Assembly: GCA_014905635.1 (NCBI GenBank)
Contig: JABVCE010000004.1
Coordinates: forward strand, 1,550,001 to 1,614,000
Length of the DNA: 64,000 nt
Source: Scenedesmus sp. PABB004
Taxonomy: Eukaryota
Reading direction: 5' to 3'
Part shown: positions 1-11,406 of the stretch, in pieces
Layout: every line of letters starts with the position of its first letter
How positions within the stretch are numbered: the stretch's first letter is position 1
The notes under the pieces: generated by a model
What the model was told of the DNA's origin: nothing
Database searches by the model: none
The model's input: the letters and a program-made list of their open reading frames with translations, nothing else
Program-made: the position numbers and the translations under genes

Positions 1-969
1 CCACCACCACCGCTCAGCACCGCACAGCACAGATGCAGTGCAATGGGCGGCCGCCACACACAGTCGCGCGCGCTTCTCGCCTCGCGGCGCGGCGGACGCG
101 CCGCGCGCAGTGCCGCCGCAGCAGCCCCTGCGGGCCCGCGCAGGCAGCCAGGACGCGCGCTGGCGCAGGCGCGCAGACGGCACACACAGGCGTGAGCGCG
201 GCGCAGCGATCAAGTGAGCAAGTGAGCAAGTGGAGAGGCACGGTCCCTCGTCCCCCGTCCCTCCTGCGCCGAGCAAGCCAAGCCATCCCTGCAGTGCCCA
301 GACCCCCCCTTCTGCACCCTTGAAGTGAAGGCAGCCAGTGTCTCGTCCCGGCCCCCCACCGTCCCCCTTGGCTTGTGCTCGACCTCCCTCGCCTCGCACC
401 CAAGCTCGAATCAGGCCGCCTGCAGCACGCCCACCCAGCCCCCGGTGCGCCGCCGCCCTGCGATTGTGGAGACCCCTGACCGGTTGAGTCCCTCCCCCCT
501 GCCTCAGCGAAGACTCCCACACAGCAGCCAGCAGTCTGACTCGCGCCGCCCCGGCCCGCCCCCACAGCGCAGTCCCTGGGCGCCGCACCCGCCTGCGGCC
601 GCGCCTGCCGCTGCGACTGCACCGCACCCAGATCCGGCCCCGCTGCCACCTAGTTGGCCCGGCCCGCTGGCTGGCTGCACCCCCACGCCCTGGCGCGGCC
701 GCCGCCCAGCCGCAGCACGCGCCAACAGCACACCAAGACCAGGCACGCGCGCACGGCTCCAAGGGAGCGCACAGCGCGCAGCGCGTCGCGGCGCGCAAGC
801 TGCCGCGGCGCGCGCGGGCGTGCACGCGGCGTGCACAGAACGGCCGAGCCGGCGGCCCCGAGCTCGTGCAGAAAGGGCGGGCGGCAGGCTACGCGCTGGC
901 GGCGCGCGCGGGGCAACAGCAGCGACAGCACGCCCACGGCACGCCACCACCCCACCGCCGCGGCCGCAC

Positions 970-2390
970 TCACTCTTCAAGCGTGGGGATGCTGACCGGC
1001 GCCACGCCGCCCGCCATGCCGTTGCCAGCGCCGCCGGGGCCGCCCTGCACCCGGGGCACGCCCGCGCCGTTGGCCGCGCCGGCGCCGCCGCGCTGCGGCT
1101 GCTGCTGCTGCGCCGCCGCCGCCGGCGGCGGCCGCCGCTGCTGCTGCGGCTGGCCCGCCGGCGCGGCGGCGCCGGCCGCCGCCGCCCGTGCCCTGCGGCG
1201 CCGGCGCGGCGCCGCCGGCGTCGTTGGCGACGTAGGCGCCGACCGTCTTGAGGCGCTGCTGCACCTTGTCATACGCGGCGAGGTACATCTCATATGTGAG
1301 CTCGTCCGCGCTCGCCTCCTCCTGGCCGCCGCTGTCGGCGCGCGCGCTCGCCTCGCGCTCCGCGCGGCTGCCGCCGCCGCCGCCGGCGCCGCGGCTGCTG
1401 CGCGCGGGGCTGTGGCTGCGGCTGCGGCTGCGCCGGTGGTGGTGCGCGCCGTCGCCGCTGCGGCTGTGCGGGGGCGGGCTGCTGCCGCGGCCGTGCGGCT
1501 GCTGCTGCTGCCCACCCGGCGCGAGGCCCTCCAGGCGGCCCACAAAGCGCGCGAGGCCGTGCTGCGGCGGCCCCCGCCGGCGCGGCCAGGCGGCATGCCC
1601 GGCCGCCCGGGCGGCGGCGGCGGCTGCGCGCCGCCTTGCATGCCGCCGGGCCCGAGGCGGCCGGCCATGCGCTGCTGCTGCATCGCCATCATCTGCTGCT
1701 GCATCGCCATCGCCGGCTGCGGCTGCAGCGGCATGCCGCCGCCCAGGCGCTGCGCCATGCCCGGCGCCAGCGCCGCCACGCCGCCGCGCGGCATGCCCGC
1801 GCCCGACAGCGGGCCCGTCGCGGGGCGGCCCGCCGCCGCGGCGCGCTGGTTCATCGCCGCCAGCAGCTGCTCGCCCGCGCGCGGCGCAAGCTCCTGGCCG
1901 TCGCGGTGGCGGTTGAGCGGCGCTGGCGGCTCGCCGCGCCGCGCGGCCCAGGGGTTTGTGACGTGGCGCACCACGTCGAACGGGATCGGCACGTCGCACT
2001 CCCACGCGACCCTGAAGTTGGCGACCTCCTCCTTGATGTCCTGCCACGGCACCGTCGCGGGGCCGCGCCCGACCGCGCTGGTCATGCGACCGTAGCCCTG
2101 CACGCCGCCGCTGCCGTTGACCGACAGGAAGAGCACCACGGTGTGCCCCTGGCGCAGCGCCGCGTCAAAGACGCTCTCGTTCTGCGGCTGCGTCGCCCAC
2201 GCGCCGTACTTGCGCGCGGTGTCCCAGTTGACCAGGTTGACGCTCTTCAGCACAAAGTAGCGCCGCACGTTGGCGCCGCCGCCGCGGCCCGCCGGGGCGC
2301 CGCCGGGGCCGCTGGCAGGGCCGCCGCCGGGGCCGCCGCCCGGGCCCCCCCGGGCCTGCTGCTGCTGCTGTTGGCGCGGCGGCGCTGCGC

Positions 2391-2424
<34 letters not shown>

Positions 2425-3073
2425 CGGCTGCTCCACGCGGGACAGCTGCGCGGCGGCGGGAGCGGCGCGGGGCGGGCGCGGGGCGGGGCGGCGTGAGGAG
2501 CGGCGGCCGGCCGGCGCGCTGCCCGCGGGCGGACGCTGCTGCGTGCTGGGTAATATGGCGTGCCGCACCCTGTTGGAGGGCTTGGTGAGATCAATGATCT
2601 TTTTGCCGCCCCCGCGCCGTCGTCGGCGCCGCCGCCGTCGGCGTGCTCCTCGCCCACGTGCCCATCGCCCGCGTGCTCCTCGCCCGCGTGCTCGCCGTCG
2701 CCTTCTGCGGCCGAGCATGGCGGCGGGCAGGTCGGCAGGGCGGCAGCGTCGCCGCCGGCGCCGACGGCCGCGCCGCCGTTGGCGACAGCAGCAGCGGCGG
2801 CGCCGCGCTCGCCGCCTGCGCTGAGCGGCGGCGCCGCGGCGCAGCGCGCGCGCCTGCGTAGTAGTCGGCTCCGGCGTCTTCCTGAGGCGCGCCCGGGTCC
2901 TCGCCGCCCTCGCCCTGGCCGTCCTCGGCCGGCGCATCCTCCCAGTCCGCCCCGCCGCCCTCCTCGGCGTCGCCCCAGTCCGCGGCCTCGCCCTCCGCGC
3001 CGCCCTCTCCAATGACGTCGTCGTAGAGGCCCGTGTCGTCCTCAAAGTCCAGCAGGTTCTCGTCGTCGTCCAT
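970..3073 (-). CDS. YTH-domain (m6A reader) protein, YTHDC1/CPSF30L-like, with acidic N-terminus and Q/G/RS-rich low-complexity regions
   Basis: ATG 3073 (MDDDENLLDFED). The YTH domain at ~1860-2265 reads RRYFVLKSVNLVNWDTARKYGAWATQPQNE...VVLFLSVNGSGGVQGYGRM...FRVAW...RDGQEL. There is one GC-AG intron (donor 2853). Apparent frameshifts occur at C-runs 2609-2613 and 1571-1575 and near 1190. Confidence 0.85.
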
Positions 3074-3298
3074 CGCGCCCCCCAAACGCACCCGCCCGGG
3101 CACCGGATTGGCCCACCCGCTGGCGAGAAGGCAGAGGGGAGGGGTGTGGCGCGCCCAGACAAAGGAGGCACGCTGGCGGTGCGCCGCCGCGGGCGTCGCG
3201 ACGCTCGTCGCTGCTCTTGCACCGCCGCCGCTGTCGCCCCCTCACCACGCCGTCCCGCCAGCCGCTCGGGCGCTCAGTCCCCACTTTCCCTGCCAGCC

Positions 3299-5636
3299 AT
3301 GACGCCGCCACCGGCACCGCCGCCGGCGAAGCGGGCCAAGTCCGGGTGCGCGCAGGAGGCCCCCCGCTGCCTCCGCCGCCGCTGCCCGCCCACCGCCGCT
3401 GCCCGCCGCAGGGCCAGCCCGCTGGCGCTGTACCGGGCGGCGCAGCGGCTGCTGCGGGGCCAGGCCTGCGGCGGCAGCGCGGCGGACGACAACGAGGTCG
3501 CCGCCAAGCTGCGCGCCGCGGTGTCCGCGCTCTCCGCGCGCCTCCCGCCCGACGCGCCGCCGGCGGCGCACAGCCTGGACCTGGAGCTGGCGGACGAGCC
3601 CGCCTTCCTGCTCGCGAGCGCGCACGTGGCGCAGGCGGAGCTTGCTCAGCGCCAGGGCGACCTCCCCGCCGCGGCGGCCGCGGCGGCGGCGGCGCTCGCG
3701 CGGTTCCCGCGCTTCGTCGCGGCGCACGCCGCGCGGGGCCAGGCGCTGCGGGCGTCGGCGGCCTCGGCCGGCGAGCTGGCCGCGGCGGAGGAGCACCTCG
3801 CGGCGGCGGTGGCGATCGCGGGCGAGCTGCGCCGCGCCGAGGGCGGGCTGCTGGTCGCCGCGAACAAGGCCTGCGCCGCCGAGGTCGCCGCGGCCGACGG
3901 CGCGCGCGCCGCGCTCGCGACGCTGCTCTGCCAGGCCGGGCGCAACGCCGAGGCGGCGCCCCACCTGTCGGCGCTGGGCTTCAAGTTCCGCCTGGCGCCC
4001 CAGGCGCGCGCGTGCGGGGCGGCGGCGGCGGCGGCGGCGGCGCGCGGGGCGGCGGCGGCGCGGCCGCGGGACGCCCGCCTGCCCCCCGACCGCCTGCCTG
4101 CCTCGGCGCCGCCCCGTGCGCCCCCACCACAGGTACTGCGTTACGCGCTGCCCGGCGCCGCCGCGCCCGGGCCCGGCGCAGCGCCGGCGCCCGGCTTCCT
4201 GCTGCGCGTGCTGGACGGCGCGCTGCCGCCGGCGCTGCTGGCGCACCTGCGCGCCGCGTTTGACCGGGACGCCCCGTTCTGGCGCGAGCACTGCTACGGC
4301 CGCGTGGGCTACTTCTCATGTTTCTTCCGCCTGGTGCGCCGCCGCGCCACCGCACAGCCTCCCACAGGAACCCGGGGGGCGTCGGGCGGGCAGGGGGAGC
4401 CCCGACGCGCGGCCGCGGCGCGCCGCTCGCGCCGGCCGCCGCGGGACGCGCCCGCGCGCCCGCCGCAGGACGAGCCGGTGCGCAGCAGCATGCAGCAGGT
4501 CGCGGCGCACCTGCGCGCGCTCGCGCTGCCCCACTGCCCCGAGGCGGCCGAGGCGCAGTACGCGGAGTTCTGGGCGCACTGCCGCCGCCACAGCTCAGGC
4601 GCGGCGCGCCGGCGCCGGCCCGCGGCCACGCATGCCACGGGGCCCCAGCGCCGCGGGCCCCGAGCGCCGCGGCCGCCCGCGCAGGGCACCAGCTCCACTT
4701 TGACTCTGACGACGAGGGCAGCGGTGGCGTGCGCAACCCCATCTTCACCAGCGTGCTCTTCCTTGAGGCAGACACGGCGGCGGCCGGCGGCGGCGGCGGC
4801 GCAGGAGGGGCGGCGGCAGCAGGCGCGACGGCGCGGGGGGCGCAGCAGGCGCAGCAGGGGGCGCAGCAGCAGCAGGAGCAGCAGCAGCAGCAGGATCAGC
4901 AGCAGGAGCAGGAGCAGCAGCAGCAGGAGCAGGAGCAGCAGCAGCAGGACGAGCAGCAGCAGTTTGTCGGCGGGCCCACGCTGGTGACCGACCAGCTGCT
5001 GGGCGGGCCGCTCGCGGCGCGGGGCTGGCTGATCTACCCGGCGGTGAACCGCTTCGCCATGTTTGACGGGCGCTACCTGCACGGTGCGGAGACCAGCCCC
5101 GGGGGCGGCGCACCGCGCGGCGCGGTTGCCCGGGGGGCGCGCTGCGTGCGTGGCACAGCGCAGCGCGTGCTGGCCCGAGCCCCCCCCCCTCCTCTCCCCA
5201 CGCACACACCCGCGCGCGCCCGCCAGGCGTCGTCCCGGGGCGCGGCCCCGCCCCGCCGGGGGACGGCCGCCGCACGACGTTGATGTTTGCATTCTGGAAG
5301 GAACTGCAGTGCCGGTGAGCGCGTCCGCGAGCGGCGCGGGGGGCGCCTCGCCGCGGCTGCAGGCGCGCGCGCTGTGTTCCGACCGCCGGCCGGCTTGTCC
5401 CCGCGCGCAGGACGCCGCCGGGCGGCGTGGGCGCGTGCATGGCGCTGCCCGGCCCCGACGCCGGCAGCGCCTGGCCCGCAGGCCTGGCGCCGCGCGAGGG
5501 CGGCTGGGGCGCCGCGGCGCCGCGCGAGGCGCCCGCGCTGCCAGCCGTCCCTGCGGTCTGGGCGCCCGTGGCGGCGACGGCAGCAGCGACTTCGATGGCG
5601 GGGGCGTCCTACGACTCCTGCTTTCAGGGGTTCTAG
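3299..5636 (+). CDS. 2OG-Fe(II) oxygenase (prolyl-hydroxylase-like) with N-terminal helical/TPR-like region
   Basis: The spliced product contains EFWAH...GHQLHFDSDDEG...NPIFTSVLFL...GGPTLV...NRFAMFDGRYLHGVVPG...RRTTLMFAFW (HxD...H...R pattern). Introns include 4004-4132 and 4599-4684 (both GC-AG). The last exon 5411-5636 ends YDSCFQGF*. Confidence 0.75.
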
Positions 5637-6345
5637 CCCCCAGCCTGACGCCCGACGCGCGCCGGCGGCGGTGGCGTGCGGTTGGAACCCCCGCCCGCCG
5701 AGCTGCCGCGCCGCCGCCGATCACACCGCGCTCGCGCGCTCGCTCTTCGCCACAGCACAGCACGCCCCGGCGGTCGTCGCACGCGCACCGCCCGGCCCTG
5801 GCGTCTGCCTGCTCGCGGCAGCTCCGGCAGCGCCACGCTCGCCTCGCCCCGCCTGGCCGGCGCCATGCAGCTGCAGCGCGCGCGGGCGGCTCGGCCGTCG
5901 GAGGGCGCCCGGCTCGCCCGGCCAGCGGCGCGGCCCGCGGCGCGGCGGGGGTCGTGGCGCCGGTCGCTGCATTCGGCTGGCCCCGCCCCGCGGAGCCGTC
6001 CAGGCGGAGCCGGCAGCGCAGCGCGGCGGCAGACCCGGCGTTCGGGAGCGTTGACTACGAGAAACTCGTGCCCAGCGACGTCACGACGTGCCCGCACGGC
6101 AACGTCGAAGGTGTGTCGGCACTGCGCGCGCGAATGCGCCGCATCGCGGCCGCCCGCGGCGCCCGGCGCGGCCGGGGAGGCGAAGGGGCCGACTGCCGAC
6201 CTTTCGCACACTCGTCCGGCGCGGCCGCGCCTCAGCTCGCTCCGTCGCCGCTCCCAAGCGTTCACAGTCCCTCCATACGCTCCACCGTCGACCTTCCCGC
6301 GACATCCTCGCGCCGACCTGCAAGTGCCTTGCTCCGACACTCGCC

Positions 6346-7729
6346 ATGCTCGGGACCGCAGCCCGGCGCGGCGGGGCCCGCCCGTGGCTCGCGCTGCTGC
6401 TGGCGGCCTGCTCTGTGACTCACGCGTCTTGTGGAGCGCACGCAGAGCGCAGCCGGGCCTTCCCGCGCCAGCGCGCGCCGGGGCCGCTGCCGCCGCGCCG
6501 CCTCCTGCAGTCGCCCAGCCCCGTGTGCTTCTGGGACGACGGCGAGTGCAACCCGATGCTGGAGAACTGGTCGCAGCTGCCCGGCACGCCGTCCAGCCCC
6601 TACCGCAGGTGCCGGCGGGCGTGCCGCGGCTGTCAGCGCCGAGACGCAGCCGCCAGGCGGCCCGCGGGGGGCCCACCTCTGCCGCCATGCCCGCAGGGCG
6701 ATGCTGGCGGCGGCGGCGCGCATGGACACGTGCCACGCGCACGCCAAGCGTGACGCGTGCGTGGCGGACGGGGCACATCGCTGCTACTGGTTTGCGACGC
6801 TGGTGAAGCCCGCCTCGGACGACGACGACACGCCGCCGCTGCGCCAGGAGTGCCGCGCCGCCGACTCAACCGAGCTCGCCTACTACGAAAAGAACAACTA
6901 CGCCGCCACGTCAGACACCATTCCCTCGGCCCTGACCTGCCCCGGCACCCAGGCGGCGCAGTTCTTCGCGTGCTTCGCTCACCCCGCCCCCGCCAGTGAG
7001 CGGCGCACGTGCAGGGCCCGGCGCGCGCCCGCCGCCGCGGCGCGCGCCGGTTGATGCCGCCGCCGCCGCCGCCGCCGCACGTGCGCACGCGTGCAGCGAT
7101 GTGCACGACCCTCCCCGGCTGCTACCTGGGCAAGCTCGACGGCAAGGCCGCGTGCTTCCCGACCTGGATGCGGACGTTTGGCCAGAAGCAGTGGGACGAG
7201 CTGCGCGCCAAGCTCAACGCGCTTGACGCGAGCCTGTACGGCACGTGCGCGGGCGTGTGCTGGATGCGCCAGGTGCGCGCTCAGCCACCGCGGCGGCCGT
7301 GCCGCGCCGCGGGCCGCCGGCGCCGTGCCGAGCGCGCGCCGCCCGCCGCAGGCGCGCGTGTGCGCCGAGCGCAGCGCCGACGGCCCCGAGGCCTGCGAGG
7401 CGGCGTCGTTCTGTTGGTTTGACGACGAGGAGGACGCGTGCTTCCACGTGACCATGGAGTTGAAGACGGACTACGACAGAAGAGTGATGGCGCTCTATGT
7501 GCGCGCGGCAGCGGCGCGCCGGCGCGCCGCCGGCCAGCGGCGCCCCCACCTGACGCGCGCGGACACCCACGTGCCGCCGCCGCCGCAGAACAAGTGCTGG
7601 GCCATCCACAGCGAGGCCGCGTGCAACGTGTACGCCGACGGGCCCGCAGTCAAGGCTGCGAGCGCGTCGATGATGCGCTGGGCGGCGTACGCGCCCGACG
7701 CGGCGCCGGTCAAGTGCTCCATGACCTGA
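6346..7729 (+). CDS. Secreted cysteine-rich protein of unknown function, copy 1 (5 exons)
   Basis: MLGTAARRGGARPWLALLLAACSVTHA signal peptide and RRLLQ motif. Approximate exons 6346-6608, 6697-6995, 7098-7272, 7352-7498, 7589-7729 join in frame through GT-AG introns. Repeated C...C-x-W/F motifs are present. Confidence 0.8.
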
Positions 7730-8180
7730 GGAAGGCCTCGCACGCGTGGGTGGGGCTTCAGTGCCATGTTGGCACCTCCTGAGCGCACGCTGACACACAC
7801 GCACCGCAAGCGATGGAAGCACTTGCTCCGAGTGCGGGAGTGGGGGACCGCCTGACTGCTGACTCTGGACTGACGCCTCAGGCGCTGACGCTGAACTCGC
7901 TCCTTGCACCCCCCGCACGGCTCGACACTGCTGCACAGACTTGCCATCACGACCTGCGCCTCAGCTGAGCCGCGCACGCAGCTGCACTCGTCATTTGCAC
8001 GGCCACCCAGCTGGGCACCTGCCGCCTAAACGGGTGATTTAATGCCTGGAAAAGCGTTGAAACATTTGGTGACCTCATGCCGTGTTTTGGCAATCGCTCG
8101 TCAGCCATTGGCCAACCCCACCGCCGCCGTCCGCTGCCCGCGCGGCGCGGGCCCCGCGCACTGGCCGTCCCCGCGCGCAG

Positions 8181-8883
8181 GACGCCGCCGGGCGGCGTGG
8201 GCGCGTGCATGGCGCTGCCCGGCCCCGACGCCGGCAGCGCCTGGCCCGCAGGCCTGGCGCCGCGCGAGGGCGGCTGGGGCGCCGCGGCGCCGCGCGAGGC
8301 GCCCGCGCTGCCGGCCGTCCCTGCGGTCTGGGCGCCCGTGGCGGCGACGGCAGCAGCGACTTCGATGGCGGGGGCGTCCTACGACTCCTGCTTTCAGGGG
8401 TTCTAGCCCCCCAGCCTGACGCCCGACGCACGCCGGCGGCGGTGGCGTGCGGTTGGAACCCCCGCCCGCCGAGCTGCCGCGCCGCCGCCGATCACACCGC
8501 GCTCGCGCGCTCGCTCTTCGCCACAGCACAGCACGCCCCGGCGGTCGTCGCACGCGCACCGCCCGGCCCTGGCGTCTGCCTGCTCGCGGCAGCTCCGGCA
8601 GCGCCACGCTCGCCTCGCCCCGCCTGGCCGGCGCCATGCAGCTGCAGCGCGCGCGGGCGGCTCGGCCGTCGGAGGGCGCCCGGCTCGCCCGGCCAGCGGC
8701 GCGGCCCGCGGCGCGGCGGGGGGTCGTGGCGCCGGTCGCTGCATTCGGCTGGCCCCGCCCCGCGGAGCCGTCCAGGCGGAGCCGGCAGCGCAGCGCGGCG
8801 GCAGACCCGGCGTTCGGGAGCGTTGACTACGAGAAACTCGTGCCCAGCGACGTCACGACGTGCCCGCACGGCAACGTCGAAGG
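8181..8883 (+). pseudogene. Orphan gene fragments in repeat A2: last exon of the 2OG oxygenase gene (8181-8406) and exon 1 of the CBS-DCC gene (8636-8883)
   Basis: These are copies of exons whose partner exons are absent from this position. The same applies to CBS exon 1 in A1 and the 2OG last exon in A3. Confidence 0.8.
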
Positions 8884-9117
8884 TGGGTCGGCACTGCGCG
8901 CGCGAATGCGCCGCATCGCGGCCGCCCGCGGCGCCCGGCGCGGCCGGGGAGGCGAAGGGGCCGACTGCCGACCTTTCGCACACTCGTCCGGCGCGGCCGC
9001 GCCTCAGCTCGCTCCGTCGCCGCTCCCAAGCGTTCACAGTCCCTCCATACGCTCCACCGTCGACCTTCCCGCGATATCCTCGCGCCGACCTGCAAGTGCC
9101 TTGCTCCGACACTCGCC

Positions 9118-10501
9118 ATGCTCGGGACCGCAGCCCGGCGCGGCGGGGCCCGCCCGTGGCTCGCGCTGCTGCTGGCGGCCTGCTCTGTGACTCACGCGTC
9201 TTGTGGAGCGCACGCAGAGCGCAGCCGGGCCTTCCCGCGCCAGCGCGCGCCGGGGCCGCTGCCGCCGCGCCGCCTCCTGCAGTCGCCCAGCCCCGTGTGC
9301 TTCTGGGACGACGGCGAGTGCAACCCGATGCTGGAGAACTGGTCGCAGCTGCCCGGCACGCCGTCCAGCCCCTACCGCAGGTGCCGGCGGGCGTGCCGCG
9401 GCTGTCAGCGCCGAGACGCAGCCGCCAGGCGGCCCGCGGGGGGCCCACCTCTGCCGCCATGCCCGCAGGGCGATGCTGGCGGCGGCGGCGCGCATGGACA
9501 CGTGCCACGCGCACGCCAAGCGTGACGCGTGCGTGGCGGACGGGGCACATCGCTGCTACTGGTTTGCGACGCTGGTGAAGCCCGCCTCGGACGACGACGA
9601 CACGCCGCCGCTGCGCCAGGAGTGCCGCGCCGCCGACTCAACCGAGCTCGCCTACTACGAAAAGAACAACTACGCCGCCACGTCAGACACCATTCCCTCG
9701 GCCCTGACCTGCCCCGGCACCCAGGCGGCGCAGTTCTTCGCGTGCTTCGCTCACCCCGCCCCCGCCAGTGAGCGGCGCACGTGCAGGGCCCGGCGCGCGC
9801 CCGCCGCCGCGGCGCGCGCCGGTTGATGCCGCCGCCGCCGCCGCCGCCGCACGTGCGCACGCGTGCAGCGATGTGCACGACCCTCCCCGGCTGCTACCTG
9901 GGCAAGCTCGACGGCAAGGCCGCGTGCTTCCCGACCTGGATGCGGACGTTTGGCCAGAAGCAGTGGGACGAGCTGCGCGCCAAGCTCAACGCGCTTGACG
10001 CGAGCCTGTACGGCACGTGCGCGGGCGTGTGCTGGATGCGCCAGGTGCGCGCTCAGCCACCGCGGCGGCCGTGCCGCGCCGCGGGCCGCCGGCGCCGTGC
10101 CGAGCGCGCGCCGCCCGCCGCAGGCGCGCGTGTGCGCCGAGCGCAGCGCCGACGGCCCCGAGGCCTGCGAGGCGGCGTCGTTCTGTTGGTTTGACGACGA
10201 GGAGGACGCGTGCTTCCACGTGACCATGGAGTTGAAGACGGACTACGACAGAAGAGTGATGGCGCTCTATGTGCGCGCGGCAGCGGCGCGCCGGCGCGCC
10301 GCCGGCCAGCGGCGCCCCCACCTGACGCGCGCGGACACCCACGTGCCGCCGCCGCCGCAGAACAAGTGCTGGGCCATCCACAGCGAGGCCGCGTGCAACG
10401 TGTACGCCGACGGGCCCGCAGTCAAGGCTGCGAGCGCGTCGATGATGCGCTGGGCGGCGTACGCGCCCGACGCGGCGCCGGTCAAGTGCTCCATGACCTG
10501 A
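9118..10501 (+). CDS. Secreted cysteine-rich protein of unknown function, copy 2
   Basis: The coding sequence appears identical to 6346-7729. Confidence 0.8.
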
Positions 10502-11406
10502 GGAAGGCCTCGCACGCGTGGGTGGGGCTTCAGTGCCATGTTGGCACCTCCTGAGCGCACGCTGACACACACGCACCGCAAGCGATGGAAGCACTTGCTC
10601 CGAGTGCGGGAGTGGGGACCGCCTGACTGCTGACTCTGGACTGACGCCTCAGGCGCTGACGCTGAACTCGCTCCTTGCACCCCCCGCACGGCTCGACACT
10701 GCTGCACAGACTTGCCATCACGACCTGCGCCTCAGCTGAGCCGCGCACGCAGCTGCACTCGTCATTTGCACGGCCACCCAGCTGGGCACCTGCCGCCTAA
10801 ACGGGTGATTTAATGCCTGGAAAAGCGTTGAAACATTTGGTGACCTCATGCCGTGTTTTGGCAATCGCTCGTCAGCCATTGGCCAACCCCACCGCCGCCG
10901 TCCGCTGCCCGCGCGGCGCGGGCCCCGCGCACTGGCCGTCCCCGCGCGCAGGACGCCGCCGGGCGGCGTGGGCGCGTGCATGGCGCTGCCCGGCCCCGAC
11001 GCCGGCAGCGCCTGGCCCGCAGGCCTGGCGCCGCGCGAGGGCGGCTGGGGCGCCGCGGCGCCGCGCGAGGCGCCCGCGCTGCCGGCCGTCCCTGCGGTCT
11101 GGGCGCCCGTGGCGGCGACGGCAGCAGCGACTTCGATGGCGGGGGCGTCCTACGACTCCTGCTTTCAGGGGTTCTAGCCCCCCAGCCTGACGCCCGACGC
11201 ACGCCGGCGGCGGTGGCGTGCGGTTGGAACCCCCGCCCGCCGAGCTGCCGCGCCGCCGCCGATCACACCGCGCTCGCGCGCTCGCTCTTCGCCACAGCAC
11301 AGCACGCCCCGGCGGTCGTCGCACGCGCACCGCCCGGCCCTGGCGTCTGCCTGCTCGCGGCAGCTCCGGCAGCGCCACGCTCGCCTCGCCCCGCCTGGCC
11401 GGCGCC

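Noticed and set aside
1..960. ORFs in the lower-GC stretch at the window start
   Set aside because: There is no recognisable protein motif or coherent exon chain. It is probably 3' UTR or intergenic sequence.
6183..8166. Cassette B as a transposon (TIR element, Helitron, LTR element with A as LTRs)
   Set aside because: There are no terminal inverted repeats, no TC...CTRR ends and no transposase or RT. A consists of host exons and lacks TG...CA ends.
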